Shown here: positions 31,003 to 40,703 of the stretch, piece after piece
How the letters are laid out: every line of letters starts with the position of its first letter
Position numbering within the stretch: the stretch's first letter is position 1
Assembly: GCA_035548375.1 (NCBI GenBank)
Contig: DASZTG010000094.1
Location: forward strand, 283 to 64,282
DNA: 64,000 nt
Reading direction: 5' to 3'
Source of the DNA: Burkholderiales bacterium
GTDB taxonomy: Bacteria > Pseudomonadota > Gammaproteobacteria > Burkholderiales > JACQAP01
The notes under the pieces: model-generated
What the model was told of the DNA's origin: nothing
The model's input: the letters and a program-made list of their open reading frames with translations, nothing else
Database searches by the model: none
Made by a program: the position numbers and the translations under genes

Positions 31003-31851
31003 ATGTCAGCCGTACTCTCTTCCACTCCCGCCGGCGCCGCGCAATCCGGCGCCGACCTCGTCGCGGTCAAGGCAAAGCAGCAGGCCGCCTGGGCGACGGG
31101 CAACTACGCCGTCGTCGGCACCACCTTGCAGATCGTCGGTGAAAATCTTTGCGAAGCGCTCGACCTGCGCGCCGGCGCGCGCGTGCTCGATGTCGCCGCC
31201 GGCAACGGCAATGCAACCCTCGCGGCGGCGCGCCGCTGGTGCGACGTCACTTGCACCGACTACGTGCCCGCGCTGCTCGAATCCGCAAAAGCGCGCGCGC
31301 AGGCCGAAGGCCACACGATCCGGTTCCAGGAAGCCGACGCGGAGAACCTGCCGTTCGCGGACGCCTCGTTCGACGTCGTGATGTCCACCTTCGGCGTCAT
31401 GTTCACGCCCAACCAGGAGAAGGCCGCGCAGCAGCTCGCGCGCGTCTGCCGGCCCGGCGGTCGCATCGGCCTTGCCAACTGGACGCCGGAGAGCTTCATC
31501 GGCCAGGTGTTCAGGACGATAGGCAAGTACATTCCGCCGGCGGCCGGCGTCAAGTCGCCGGCACTGTGGGGCACGAAGGCGCGCCTGGACGAGTTGTTCG
31601 GCGGCGTGGCGAAGGACGTCGAGCTTTCGCATCGGCAGTTCACGTTCCGCTATCGCTCGCCCGCGCACTTCATCGAAGTGTTCCGCACCTACTACGGGCC
31701 GATGAACAAGGCCTTCGCGGCGCTCGACGCCGGCAAGCAGGCGGCGTTCACCGACGACCTGCTGGCACTCATGCGGCAGGGCAATCGGTCGAACGACGGC
31801 ACGCTGGTGCTGCCGAGCGAGTACCTCGAAGCGGTCGTCGTGCGCAAGTAA
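31003..31851 (+). CDS. Class I SAM-dependent methyltransferase
   Basis: SD aggag upstream. SAM motif I VLDVAAGNGN. Methyltransf_11-like. Confidence 0.85.
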   Translation: MSAVLSSTPAGAAQSGADLVAVKAKQQAAWATGNYAVVGTTLQIVGENLCEALDLRAGARVLDVAAGNGNATLAAARRWCDVTCTDYVPALLESAKARAQAEGHTIRFQEADAENLPFADASFDVVMSTFGVMFTPNQEKAAQQLARVCRPGGRIGLANWTPESFIGQVFRTIGKYIPPAAGVKSPALWGTKARLDELFGGVAKDVELSHRQFTFRYRSPAHFIEVFRTYYGPMNKAFAALDAGKQAAFTDDLLALMRQGNRSNDGTLVLPSEYLEAVVVRK

Positions 31852-31876
31852 TTTCATTCAAAAAAGGAAACCGAAC

Positions 31877-32341
31877 ATGGATCAGGCGGAACAAAAACCG
31901 GCGTCCTCGACCCGGTACAAGGCCTACAAGGGAAGCTGCTTCTGCGGCGCGGTCCAATTGACCGTCACCGGCGAGCCGGCAGTCATGGGTTATTGCCATT
32001 GCGAATCGTGCCGCAGCTGGGCCGCGGCGCCGGTCAACGCCTTCACCTTGTGGAAGCCGGAATCGGTTACCGTCACCCGGGGCGCGGACAACATCGGCAC
32101 GTTCAGCAAGACGCCGCGCAGCGATCGCAAGTGGTGCAAGACCTGCGGCGGACACCTGTTCACCGTGCACCCGCACTGGAACCTGGTCGACGTCTACGCG
32201 GCGACCATTCCGGATTTTCCGTACCAGGCGGGCGTGCACGTCAATTACCAGGAGACCCGGCTGCCGATGAAGGACGGCCTGCCGAAGCTGAAGGACGTGC
32301 CCAAGGAAATGGGCGGCACCGGCGCGGCACTGCCGGAATAG
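31877..32341 (+). CDS. GFA (glutathione-dependent formaldehyde-activating / CENP-V) family protein
   Basis: Cys pattern CFCGAV..CHCESCR..CKTCGGHLF. Confidence 0.8.
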   Translation: MDQAEQKPASSTRYKAYKGSCFCGAVQLTVTGEPAVMGYCHCESCRSWAAAPVNAFTLWKPESVTVTRGADNIGTFSKTPRSDRKWCKTCGGHLFTVHPHWNLVDVYAATIPDFPYQAGVHVNYQETRLPMKDGLPKLKDVPKEMGGTGAALPE

Positions 32342-32352
32342 CGCGGCGATCT

Positions 32353-32378
32353 CCGCCGGCGGATCAAACCGCCGGCGG
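32353..32378. terminator. Hairpin between convergent GFA gene and katE (overlaps katE stop)
   Basis: Two copies of the self-complementary decamer CCGCCGGCGG separated by ATCAAA give a 10-bp G/C stem. There is no U-tract. Confidence 0.35.
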
Positions 32379-34757
32379 GTCGGTCTCGCGCTGGTAGTGG
32401 CGATGCTTGCCCAACGCGTCGACGAAGGCCGGCAAAGCGTCGTCCTTCGCGTGCGCGTCGAAGACCAGCAGGCCGGGGTCGCCCTCGCCGCCCGGCAGCG
32501 TCGCCGGAATGCCGGCAGCCTGCAGCAGCGCGGAAGCGTTACCGAGCAGCAGGATGGTCTTGCAATGCCGGTATTGCTCCTTCAGGAATTCCAGCACGCG
32601 GCCACCCGGCGCTTCCGCACCAATCCCGTCCGGCACGATCATCGCGTCCCATAGCACGGCGGGCGCGGTCTCCAGCGTGACCTCGACATCGATATCCTTG
32701 CGGCTCGTACCCTCGATCGCACCGAGCTTGACGCCGACGAATCGCGGCACCGCTCCGGCGTCGAGCAGCGCAGCGTGCAAGGCCGTTGCCGATTCGCCAT
32801 CCACGCCGTCGGCCACGAGGATCGCGACGCTGCGACCGCGGATCCCGGTTTCTCCCGGACGCGCAAATAGCGAGAGCGATTCCGATTGCTTGACTTCAGG
32901 CTTGGGCGTTTTCGCGATCGCTCGCGGCAACGGGTCGGGCAATTCGGTGATGCCCAGGTCGCTCGCCAGCGATTGGGCCAGTTCCTCCGCGACATTGCGA
33001 AGCTGCGCGACGACGCGCCGGCGGATTGCCTCCGTCTGCACTTTCGTGAGCTCGAAGCGGAACGCATTCTTGATGTGCTGCTTCTCCGTCGGCGTCTGGC
33101 TGTTCCAGAACAGCGTGGCCTGGTTGTAGTGCTCGCCGAACTTCTCCGGCTTGCCGCGCACCTTGTGCTCTTCCACCGGCTGCGGGAAAGACATGAAGCC
33201 CTTCGCGCCCGCCTGGAACGGGCAACCGCCGCCGAGCGAATTCGGCTCATAGGCGACGCGACCACGGGCAATCGCCTGCCGATGCATGCCGTCGCGCTGG
33301 TTGTTGTGCACGGGCGCCACCGGCGAGTTGATGGGAATCTCGTGGAAGTTCGGGCCCCCAAGACGCGAGATCTGCGTGTCGACGTAGGAATGGATGCGCC
33401 CGGCCAGCAGCGGATCGTTGCTGAAATCCAGCCCAGGGACGATGTGGGCCGTGCAGAACGCCACCTGCTCCGTCTCGGCGAAGAAATTGTCCGGATTGCG
33501 GTTCAGGACCATCTTGCCGATCGGCGTCAACGGCACCATCTCTTCGGGAACGATCTTGGTCGCGTCGAGCACGTCGAAGCTGTAGCGCTCGGCGTCGCGC
33601 TCGCTGAAGACCTGCGCGCTCAATTCCCACTCGGGGAAATTGCCGGCTTCGATCGCCTCCCACAAGTCACGCCTGTGAAAGTCCGGGTCGGCACCCGAGA
33701 TCTTCACCGCCTCGTCCCACACCAGGGAGTGCGTGCCGTTCACCGGGTTCCAGTGGAATTTCACGAAGCGCGACTCGCCCGCGGCGTTCACCATCCGGAA
33801 GGTATGCACACCGAAGCCCTGCATCATGCGATAGCTGCGCGGGATGGCGCGGTCGGACATCACCCACATGAGCATGTGCGTGGATTCCGGCATCAGCGAC
33901 ACAAAATCCCAGAAGGTGTCGTGTGCCGAGGCCGCCTGCGGCATGGCATGGTGCGGCTCGGGCTTCACGGCGTGGATCAGGTCGGGAAATTTCATCGCAT
34001 CCTGGATGAAGAACACCGGGATGTTGTTGCCGACGAGATCCCAGTTGCCCTCGTCGGTGTAGAACTTCACGGCGAACCCGCGCACGTCGCGCGCCGTGTC
34101 GGTCGAGCCGCGCTCGCCGGCCACGGTGGAGAAGCGCACGAAAACCGGCGTTCGCTTGCCGGCTTCCGCGAACAGCGACGCGCGCGTCAGCGCCGCCAGC
34201 GGCTTGTAGCATTCGAAGTATCCATGCGCGGCCGAGCCGCGTGCGTGCACGATGCGCTCGGGAATGCGCTCGTGGTCGAAGTGCGTGATCTTCTCGCGCA
34301 GGATGAAGTCTTCGAGCAGCGAAGGCCCGCGCAGCCCGGCCTTGAGCGAGTTCTGGTTGTCCGCGACCGGCACGCCCTGGTTCGTCGTCAGCGGCCGCCC
34401 GCCGGAATCCACGCGCACGCGGTCGAGCGGCGCAACCGTCGGATTCGATCCTGCCTCGGGACGACCTTTCCCGACCTTCGCCGAGGTCGTCGTTTCGGTC
34501 AGCGTGCTGCCGGTGGCGGCCATGTCGCGCGGCGCGACCGCCTGACCGGTTGCCGGCACGTCGGCATTGGGCGCGAACTCCGTCGGCTTCGCGGCGTTAT
34601 GGCGAAAGGCGTTGGCCAGCGCCTGCGTCGCGGCCGCCTTCGCGGATGGCGCATCGGTCGCGGGCGCGTTGCGCTTGCCGTTCGCCGGCCCGCTCACCGT
34701 GGAGCGGGACGAACTTTTTGCGGGTGAGTCGGGGCGTTGCTTGGGGGATTTAGCCAT
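32364..34757 (-). CDS. katE: Large-subunit catalase HPII
   Basis: 797 aa from ATG 34757. Catalase core ([32 protein letters not shown]) plus the C-terminal DJ-1/PfpI-like domain typical of HPII. Confidence 0.92.
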   Translation of the reverse strand: MAKSPKQRPDSPAKSSSRSTVSGPANGKRNAPATDAPSAKAAATQALANAFRHNAAKPTEFAPNADVPATGQAVAPRDMAATGSTLTETTTSAKVGKGRPEAGSNPTVAPLDRVRVDSGGRPLTTNQGVPVADNQNSLKAGLRGPSLLEDFILREKITHFDHERIPERIVHARGSAAHGYFECYKPLAALTRASLFAEAGKRTPVFVRFSTVAGERGSTDTARDVRGFAVKFYTDEGNWDLVGNNIPVFFIQDAMKFPDLIHAVKPEPHHAMPQAASAHDTFWDFVSLMPESTHMLMWVMSDRAIPRSYRMMQGFGVHTFRMVNAAGESRFVKFHWNPVNGTHSLVWDEAVKISGADPDFHRRDLWEAIEAGNFPEWELSAQVFSERDAERYSFDVLDATKIVPEEMVPLTPIGKMVLNRNPDNFFAETEQVAFCTAHIVPGLDFSNDPLLAGRIHSYVDTQISRLGGPNFHEIPINSPVAPVHNNQRDGMHRQAIARGRVAYEPNSLGGGCPFQAGAKGFMSFPQPVEEHKVRGKPEKFGEHYNQATLFWNSQTPTEKQHIKNAFRFELTKVQTEAIRRRVVAQLRNVAEELAQSLASDLGITELPDPLPRAIAKTPKPEVKQSESLSLFARPGETGIRGRSVAILVADGVDGESATALHAALLDAGAVPRFVGVKLGAIEGTSRKDIDVEVTLETAPAVLWDAMIVPDGIGAEAPGGRVLEFLKEQYRHCKTILLLGNASALLQAAGIPATLPGGEGDPGLLVFDAHAKDDALPAFVDALGKHRHYQRETDPPAV

Positions 34758-35209
34758 TGAATTTTCCTGTGGTTGAGACTTCGCGTCGGCCGATTCGACG
34801 GGAATTCGATGAGATGACCTTCGCTTGTTCGGCGACAACCAGTGGTTGGCTTGCGCGAAGACGGCACGATGCCGAACGACTTCTGTGAAGCAGCAATTAG
34901 CAAATTGCCGGCCACGATGAGGAGGAGGTCCAAGCGCGTGATTGCGTGAAGAATTGGTTGCGACGGCGGACCAGGCGATCGGCAATTCGGGCGCGCGATT
35001 GCGGCGTTTCTACAAATTCCCTTCGATCGACGGTTGCACGGCGCCCGTGGACGGCCCCGTGCAGTCAGGCATGGCGCCTCGCGCGCACCGAGCCCGCGAA
35101 CTATTTGCGGTCATCGATGCCAAAGTTGTGCGGCGCGCTGTGGACGATGACGGCGACCCTCCCCTCCGGCTCCGTGCACGGTGCGCTGCAATCTTCGTGG
35201 GGGCCTCCC

Positions 35210-35401
35210 GTGCGATTTCGCAGGCATGCGGACAGCGACGTCTGGCATTCGGACCATCTTTGCACCCGGTGGCCGCAGGCGGATTTCGAGGAATCCGATC
35301 GCCCGACCCTCGGCAAGCTCTGCGAGGAGTGCAAGCGCTTCGACCAGGTCGAGCGCAGCCGCCGCAAGGAAGACCACGGTCCCAGGGGAAGCTGGGAGTA
35401 G
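35210..35401 (+). CDS. Cys-motif mini-protein, copy A (63 aa)
   Basis: GTG 35210 with GGGGG 6 nt upstream. Motif WHSDHLCTRWP..F..SD..KLCEECKRF is shared with 44153..44320. Differences between the copies are largely synonymous in the conserved core. Confidence 0.5.
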   Translation: MRFRRHADSDVWHSDHLCTRWPQADFEESDRPTLGKLCEECKRFDQVERSRRKEDHGPRGSWE

Positions 35402-35486
35402 TAGGCCGCGACCCGAACAGAGCCTGCCCGTTCACGCCGGGTTGCTCTACAATCCCGCAAAAAATTTTGCGTAAAAAAGGGACCGC

Positions 35487-35723
35487 ATGTTTGCATTGGA
35501 AGAAGGCTATTCGTTCGGCGACTACCGGGGATTCGCCATCATCTCGAACATCACGGCGTCGGCGGGAGGCAAGTACCTCGCATCGTTCGTCGTGGAAGAC
35601 CTGAACCGGGACAAGAAAATCAGCGAGCCGCAGCACTGCCTCGGCACCTACCTGTCGGAGAAAGAAGCGCGCTTCGCGGCCTACGCGGAAGCGGAGCGCT
35701 ACATCGACAGCATCACGCCCTGA
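35487..35723 (+). CDS. Hypothetical protein (78 aa)
   Basis: ATG is preceded by aaggga. GC3-rich codons throughout. No family recognised. Confidence 0.55.
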   Translation: MFALEEGYSFGDYRGFAIISNITASAGGKYLASFVVEDLNRDKKISEPQHCLGTYLSEKEARFAAYAEAERYIDSITP

Positions 35724-35982
35724 CCGGCAAGGCTTCCCGGCGTTCCCTCGAGGGACGCCAGGCCGTGCGAAAAGGCACGATTCGCGGTCAGCCTCGCGTG
35801 CCGCGACCTTTCAATTGCCTTTCGCTGTCGATCGCTGTCGCCGGCATCCCGCAATCATCATTCCCGCCCGACTTCAAAACGTCGCGGCAAATGGCTGACT
35901 CCTTTGCGTTAGCCGCCTGACCCCGGTTTCGTTCGCGCTCCATCGGGCGCGAACGTGTGAACCGGGCATCGCCGATTGCGTT

Positions 35983-37710
35983 ATGGCAAAAAAACGCAAG
36001 GGAGGATCGGTGCTTGCCGAGATCGAAAACCCATCCGGCGCCGATGCGACGGCGACCAGCTTGAATGTGTCGCCGATCGACGTCACCCGCGTGCTGGCCG
36101 TGGCCGGCACCGCGGCGCTCGAATCTTGTGGCGGTGGCGGCGGTTCCTCGAGTGCATCGGGTTCCGCGCCCGTCTCCGCAGCGGACGCTTCGCGTTTCCT
36201 TGGCCAGGCCTCGATGGGCGCAAGCCGCGCGCAGATCAGCCGCGTCCAGGCGATCGGTTACGCCGCCTGGCTGGACGAACAGTTCGACATGCCTTCGTCC
36301 GGCACGCGCTGGGACTGGCTGGTCGCCAACGGCTTTTCCGATCCTTCGCACAAGAATGACGAGGCCGGATTCGATTCGGCAGCGTGGATCAAGCTGCTGA
36401 CTTCGCCGGACACGCTGCGCCAGCGAGTAACGCTTGCGTTGTCGGAAATTTTCGTCGCCGCCATCGACGGCCTGATCGGCGGCGGCTGGAAGCAGTTCGG
36501 CGCCGCCGTTTACCTGGACCTGCTCGAAGCCAATGCCTTCGGCAACCATCGCACCCTGCTGCAGCAGATTTCACTCAGCGTGCCCATGGGCGAGTTCCTG
36601 ACCTTCCGCGGCAGCGCGAAGGCCAACGCGACGACGGGCGCATTGCCCGACGAGAACTATGCGCGCGAGCTGATGCAGCTGTTCACGATCGGGCTGGTTC
36701 AGCTCAATCCCGATGGATCGCCGCGCCTGAGCGGCGGCAATCCCATCGACACCTATGGACAGGCCGACATCACCGGCCTCGCGCGCGTGTTCACCGGCTG
36801 GGATTTCGATCCCGCGGGATTGACCGGCGCGGCCATCACGGCGACGCCGGATTTCATGCGCCGTCCGATGGTGCAAACCGGCACGCGCTACGAGGCCGGC
36901 GCGAAATCCTTCCTCGGCACCACCATCGCGTCGGACACCCCGGCGGCGCAAAGCCTGTCGCTCGCGCTCGACGCGTTGTTCGCGCACGCCAACACCGGGC
37001 CTTTCCTCAGCCGCCAGCTCATCCAGCGGCTGGTGACCAGCAATCCCAGCCCGGCGTATGTGGCGCGCGTGGCGGCGGTGTTCGGCAACGACGGCAGCGG
37101 CGCGCGTGGCAACCTTCGCGCCGTCGTGCGCGCGCTGCTGCTCGACGACGAAGCCCGCAACCCCGCCAACGCCGCGAGCACGTCGTTCGGCAAGCTGCGC
37201 GAACCCATGCTGCGCTTCGCGGCCTGGGCAAGGGCATATGGCGTGACCTCGCCAAGCGGAGCATGGGCGATCGGCAACACGTCCGACCCGGCCACGAGGC
37301 TGGCGCAGAGTCCGCTGCGCTCGCCCTCCGTGTTCAATTTCTTTCGGCCGGGCTATGTGCCGCCGAACAGCGCGCTGGGCAGCGCCTCGCTGGAGGCGCC
37401 GGAATTCCAGATCGCCAACGAATCGTCGGTGGTCGGCTACGTGAACTACATGCAGCGCGCCGTGGCCGGCAACGTGGCCGACCTCACGCCCGACTATTCG
37501 ACCTTGCTCCCGGTCGCGGACGACGCGAATGCGCTGGTCGCGGAAATCAACCTGGTGCTGGCGGCAAACCAGTTGAGCGCATCGACGACCGCCGCGCTCG
37601 CCACCGCGCTGCAGTCCATCCCCGGCGGCACCGATCCGAACCGGCTCAAGCGCATTCATGCCGCGCTGGTGCTCGTGCTCGCGGCGCCCGAATTCATCGT
37701 CCAGAAATAG
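35983..37710 (+). CDS. DUF1800 domain protein
   Basis: TGPFLSRQLIQRLVTSNPSPAYVARVAAVF and a LLLDDEAR-type block. Canonical pairing with a downstream DUF1501 gene. The N-terminal start is uncertain. Confidence 0.8.
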   Translation: MAKKRKGGSVLAEIENPSGADATATSLNVSPIDVTRVLAVAGTAALESCGGGGGSSSASGSAPVSAADASRFLGQASMGASRAQISRVQAIGYAAWLDEQFDMPSSGTRWDWLVANGFSDPSHKNDEAGFDSAAWIKLLTSPDTLRQRVTLALSEIFVAAIDGLIGGGWKQFGAAVYLDLLEANAFGNHRTLLQQISLSVPMGEFLTFRGSAKANATTGALPDENYARELMQLFTIGLVQLNPDGSPRLSGGNPIDTYGQADITGLARVFTGWDFDPAGLTGAAITATPDFMRRPMVQTGTRYEAGAKSFLGTTIASDTPAAQSLSLALDALFAHANTGPFLSRQLIQRLVTSNPSPAYVARVAAVFGNDGSGARGNLRAVVRALLLDDEARNPANAASTSFGKLREPMLRFAAWARAYGVTSPSGAWAIGNTSDPATRLAQSPLRSPSVFNFFRPGYVPPNSALGSASLEAPEFQIANESSVVGYVNYMQRAVAGNVADLTPDYSTLLPVADDANALVAEINLVLAANQLSASTTAALATALQSIPGGTDPNRLKRIHAALVLVLAAPEFIVQK

Positions 37711-37720
37711 CGAGGCCCTG

Positions 37721-39094
37721 ATGACTCTCGATGCTTCCCGAAGGGCCTTCCTGCAGCGCGCGTCCGCGCTGTCCGTGGCTGGAATCGCCACGCCCTGGGC
37801 GATCAATCTCGCCGCCATGGGCGAGGCCGCCGCCTCAACGGCAACCGACTACAAGGCACTCGTCTGCATATTCCTGTATGGCGGCAACGACTACGGCAAC
37901 ACGCTCATCCCCTACGACAACGCGCGCTACACGATCTACCAGGGCATGCGCCCCACACTCGCTTATGCGCAGGCCGATCTGGCGGCGACCGTGTTGGCGC
38001 CGAGCGTCGCCCTGCCGGGCGGCGACCAATATGCGCTCGCTCCCGAGCTCGCGCCGCTACTGCCGCTGTTCTCATCCAACAAGCTCGCGGTAATGCTCAA
38101 CGTCGGCACGCTGGTGCAACCGACGGCCAAGGCCGACTACACGGCGAAATCGGTGCCGCTGCCGCCCAAGCTGTTTTCGCACAACGACCAGCAATCGGTC
38201 TGGCAATCTTCGGCACCGGAAGGCGCGACTTCCGGCTGGGGCGGACGCATGGGCGACCTGTTCGTTTCCGGCAACGGCAACGCGACCTTCACCTGCGTGA
38301 ACGTATCGAGCAATGCGGTATTCCTCTCCGGCCGCACGGCGGTGCAATACCAGGTGTCGTCGACCGGCCCCGTCGCGCTCAACGGCGTGAAGTCGCCGCT
38401 GTTCGGCTCGACCACATGTTCGAACGCGCTGCAGGCGCTGGTGACCGCACCGCGCACGCACCTGTTCGAAAGCGAATACACGCGCGTGATGTCGCGCTCG
38501 CTGGTCGCCGGCGATGCGCTCACGGCTGCGTTTGCGGGCGGACCGACGATCAATACCGTATTTCCTGCCGACAATGGCCTCGCCGACCAGCTCGAGTTCG
38601 TCGCCCGCATGATCAGCACCTCGAATGAAGTCGGCGCCAAGCGCCAGGTATTCTTCGTTTCGCTCGGCGGCTTCGACAACCACGACGGCCTCGCGAGCAT
38701 CCATCCCGGCCTGCTCACCAGCGTGGCGGACGCGATGAGCGCCTTCCATGCCGCCACGGTGGAACTCGGCGTGGCAAACCAGGTGACGACTTTCACGGCG
38801 TCGGACTTCGGCCGCACGCTCACGGGCAGCAACGGTTCGGACCACGGCTGGGGCAGCATGCATTTCATGCTCGGTGGCGCGGTTCACGGCGGCCGTTTTT
38901 ATGGCGCCGTGCCGGAAGTCGCGAACGACGGCCCGGACGACGTCGGGCAAGGCCGCCTGCTGCCGAGCACTTCGGTCGACCAGTACGCCGCCACGCTAGG
39001 CAAATGGTTCGGCATCAGCGACTCCAACCTCCTGTCCGTGCTGCCCAACCTCGTGCACTGGAACGCCTCCGACCGGAACCTGGGCTTCGTCTGA
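37721..39094 (+). CDS. DUF1501 domain protein (sulfatase-like fold) with Tat signal
   Basis: SRRAFLQRA twin-arginine signal. Motifs GGFDNH and SDFGRT..GSDHGWG. Confidence 0.85.
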   Translation: MTLDASRRAFLQRASALSVAGIATPWAINLAAMGEAAASTATDYKALVCIFLYGGNDYGNTLIPYDNARYTIYQGMRPTLAYAQADLAATVLAPSVALPGGDQYALAPELAPLLPLFSSNKLAVMLNVGTLVQPTAKADYTAKSVPLPPKLFSHNDQQSVWQSSAPEGATSGWGGRMGDLFVSGNGNATFTCVNVSSNAVFLSGRTAVQYQVSSTGPVALNGVKSPLFGSTTCSNALQALVTAPRTHLFESEYTRVMSRSLVAGDALTAAFAGGPTINTVFPADNGLADQLEFVARMISTSNEVGAKRQVFFVSLGGFDNHDGLASIHPGLLTSVADAMSAFHAATVELGVANQVTTFTASDFGRTLTGSNGSDHGWGSMHFMLGGAVHGGRFYGAVPEVANDGPDDVGQGRLLPSTSVDQYAATLGKWFGISDSNLLSVLPNLVHWNASDRNLGFV

Positions 39095-39117
39095 AACCGG
39101 CGGTCACGCTTGCGGCG

Positions 39118-39333
39118 CTATTTCTGCGTGTGCCTTTTTCCGAGATGTGCCTTGACGGCATCGGTTTTCGGCCCCACGGCCTGCACGGCGTGGCGCAAGT
39201 CGTCCTCGCTCGCTCCCAGCAGCTTGACCCAGTAGGCGAGTTCCCACTCCTCGTGCAGGTTGACCTGGCCCGTATCGGCGGGTTGTTTCGCGGACGGCGC
39301 TTCCGGCATGACACGCTCCCGATTCCTCGACAT
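39118..39333 (-). CDS. DUF3606 domain protein
   Basis: VNLHEEWELAYWVKLLGASEDDLRHAVQAVG matches the DUF3606 pattern. ATG 39309 is an alternative start. Confidence 0.65.
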   Translation of the reverse strand: MSRNRERVMPEAPSAKQPADTGQVNLHEEWELAYWVKLLGASEDDLRHAVQAVGPKTDAVKAHLGKRHTQK

Positions 39334-39406
39334 GCAAATGTGATCGGCAAGCGCCGGAATCGTTCCGCATCGACGACGCCGGGCTCGCCGTGTCGTTTAA
39401 TCGCCC

Positions 39407-39685
39407 TCAGGTCCGCGCGCGGGCGCGGTTGAATTCCGGATACACCAAGCGGCGCGCCAGCTGCGGCCAACTCTGCGGATCCTGGAATCGCCCGACCATG
39501 CAGGCCGAGACGAATTCACCCGCGGTCAGCGTGGCGCCGGAAGAAGCGCGTCCCGTATGCGGGGTGAAGGCCACAAATGAGATCGCATCATCGCGCGAGA
39601 AATCCAGGCCGTTGAAGCGGACCACGACGACGCCCTCGATTTCCAGCAGCGAGGCATGGGCATTGAGCGGGCGGATGGCATTCAT
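39407..39685 (-). CDS. Hypothetical protein (92 aa)
   Basis: GC3-rich codons. Starts 14 nt after the upstream zinc-ribbon gene. No family recognised. Confidence 0.55.
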   Translation of the reverse strand: MNAIRPLNAHASLLEIEGVVVVRFNGLDFSRDDAISFVAFTPHTGRASSGATLTAGEFVSACMVGRFQDPQSWPQLARRLVYPEFNRARART

Positions 39686-39699
39686 AATCGTTGCGAACT

Positions 39700-39984
39700 T
39701 TATTCGTCAAGGGGCGAGAACCGCGAAACCGGCCAATCGTCGCCGGTGCCGTCGGCCAGCCGGCGCTTCTCGCTTTCTTCATGGCCGCAGGCGGCACATC
39801 GCCAGAACAACTCGTCGACCGGATCGCGGGCATTGAGCCAGGTTCCGCTGCGCCCCACGACGACGAACGCGCCGCCGCACGTCGGGCAGGTGCCCGGCGC
39901 GGGGATCGAATTGCGCCTCAAATCTTCGCTTCTGACCGGTCCCACGCTTTCCCCGATGATTCTGTCCTGCGAGACCTCACGCAT
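39700..39984 (-). CDS. Small zinc-ribbon protein (CPTC..CAAC)
   Basis: Two CxxC pairs (CPTCGG .. CAACGH). ATG 39984 overlaps the upstream stop by 8 nt (ATGCGTGA). Confidence 0.55.
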   Translation of the reverse strand: MREVSQDRIIGESVGPVRSEDLRRNSIPAPGTCPTCGGAFVVVGRSGTWLNARDPVDELFWRCAACGHEESEKRRLADGTGDDWPVSRFSPLDE

Positions 39985-40204
39985 CGCGAACAGGCGTCGC
40001 GGTCGTCGTGCTCGCAACTTTTTTCAGGGCGCGAACGCACGCCGCCCGGCTTTCGTAGCTTCGAGACGACCGCGCCACCTTGCACCAACCGCCCGACGCC
40101 AAATACCAACGCCACCGCTTTTGCGCATCCCGGTACAAATGGAAGGAAGCGCCCGCGCCGCGTGGACATTTCCGCCGAGGCGTGATTTTTCGAATCACGC
40201 GCAT
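39977..40204 (-). CDS. DUF1508 (YegP-like) protein
   Basis: FHLYRDAQKRWRWYLASGG..SSRSYESRAACVRALKKV fits the DUF1508 pattern. Start chosen at ATG 40204; the ORF is open further upstream. Confidence 0.6.
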   Translation of the reverse strand: MRVIRKITPRRKCPRGAGASFHLYRDAQKRWRWYLASGGWCKVARSSRSYESRAACVRALKKVASTTTATPVRDA

Positions 40205-40496
40205 AGCCTGCCAAAACAATTTCGTCTGAGTGTTCGCCGCCGACGGAACGCGCAGCCAGGCTCGCGTCCGGGGAACGGCTGCCATGGGCTTCGATATCGC
40301 CCGAAGGCCCGGCCTGCGCCAGGCAACTGCTGTCTGGTTGGAGTGATCGGACGCTGTAGTTGTAATCGTCGCGTCGGATCGATCGAGGCGGTGAAGTCCC
40401 CCGCACCCGGCAAATAATCTAGCAGCCAGAATTCCGCAAATCAACCAAAAAGAGCACGCCCGCCAACGCTGGACGGACGCCTGGAATTGCCTGCGC

Positions 40497-40703
40497 CTAA
40501 TCCTCGAAAACCGGGGTCAACTTTCCCGTCCGCATGACGATGCGGACCGCGGCAAGGCAATTTTCGCGGGTGCCATAGCTGGTGCTCGAATGAGCCAGCT
40601 TTCGCCCATCCTCGCCCAGCAGATACCAGCGCCAATGCCCCGTTACATCCCGATATAAGTGAAACCGCAACGCGTCCCCGATCGGCGGCCTGCGCCGCCG
40701 CAA
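40497..40703 (-). CDS. DUF1508 (YegP-like) protein
   Basis: FHLYRDVTGHWRWYLLGEDGRKLAHSSTSYGTRENCLAAVRIV fits the DUF1508 pattern. Apparent TTG start, which is uncertain. Confidence 0.65.
   Translation of the reverse strand: MRRRRPPIGDALRFHLYRDVTGHWRWYLLGEDGRKLAHSSTSYGTRENCLAAVRIVMRTGKLTPVFED

Noticed and set aside
32886-34727. 613-aa ORF antisense to katE
   Set aside because: The katE frame carries unmistakable catalase motifs. The antisense translation is low-complexity.
34946-35209. Longer N-terminal extension of mini-protein copy A (ORF track start 34946, or ATG 35117/35147)
   Set aside because: The extension is Arg-rich and non-conserved. Similarity to copy B begins exactly at GTG 35210, and both copies share a GGGGG SD-like element just upstream of that GTG.
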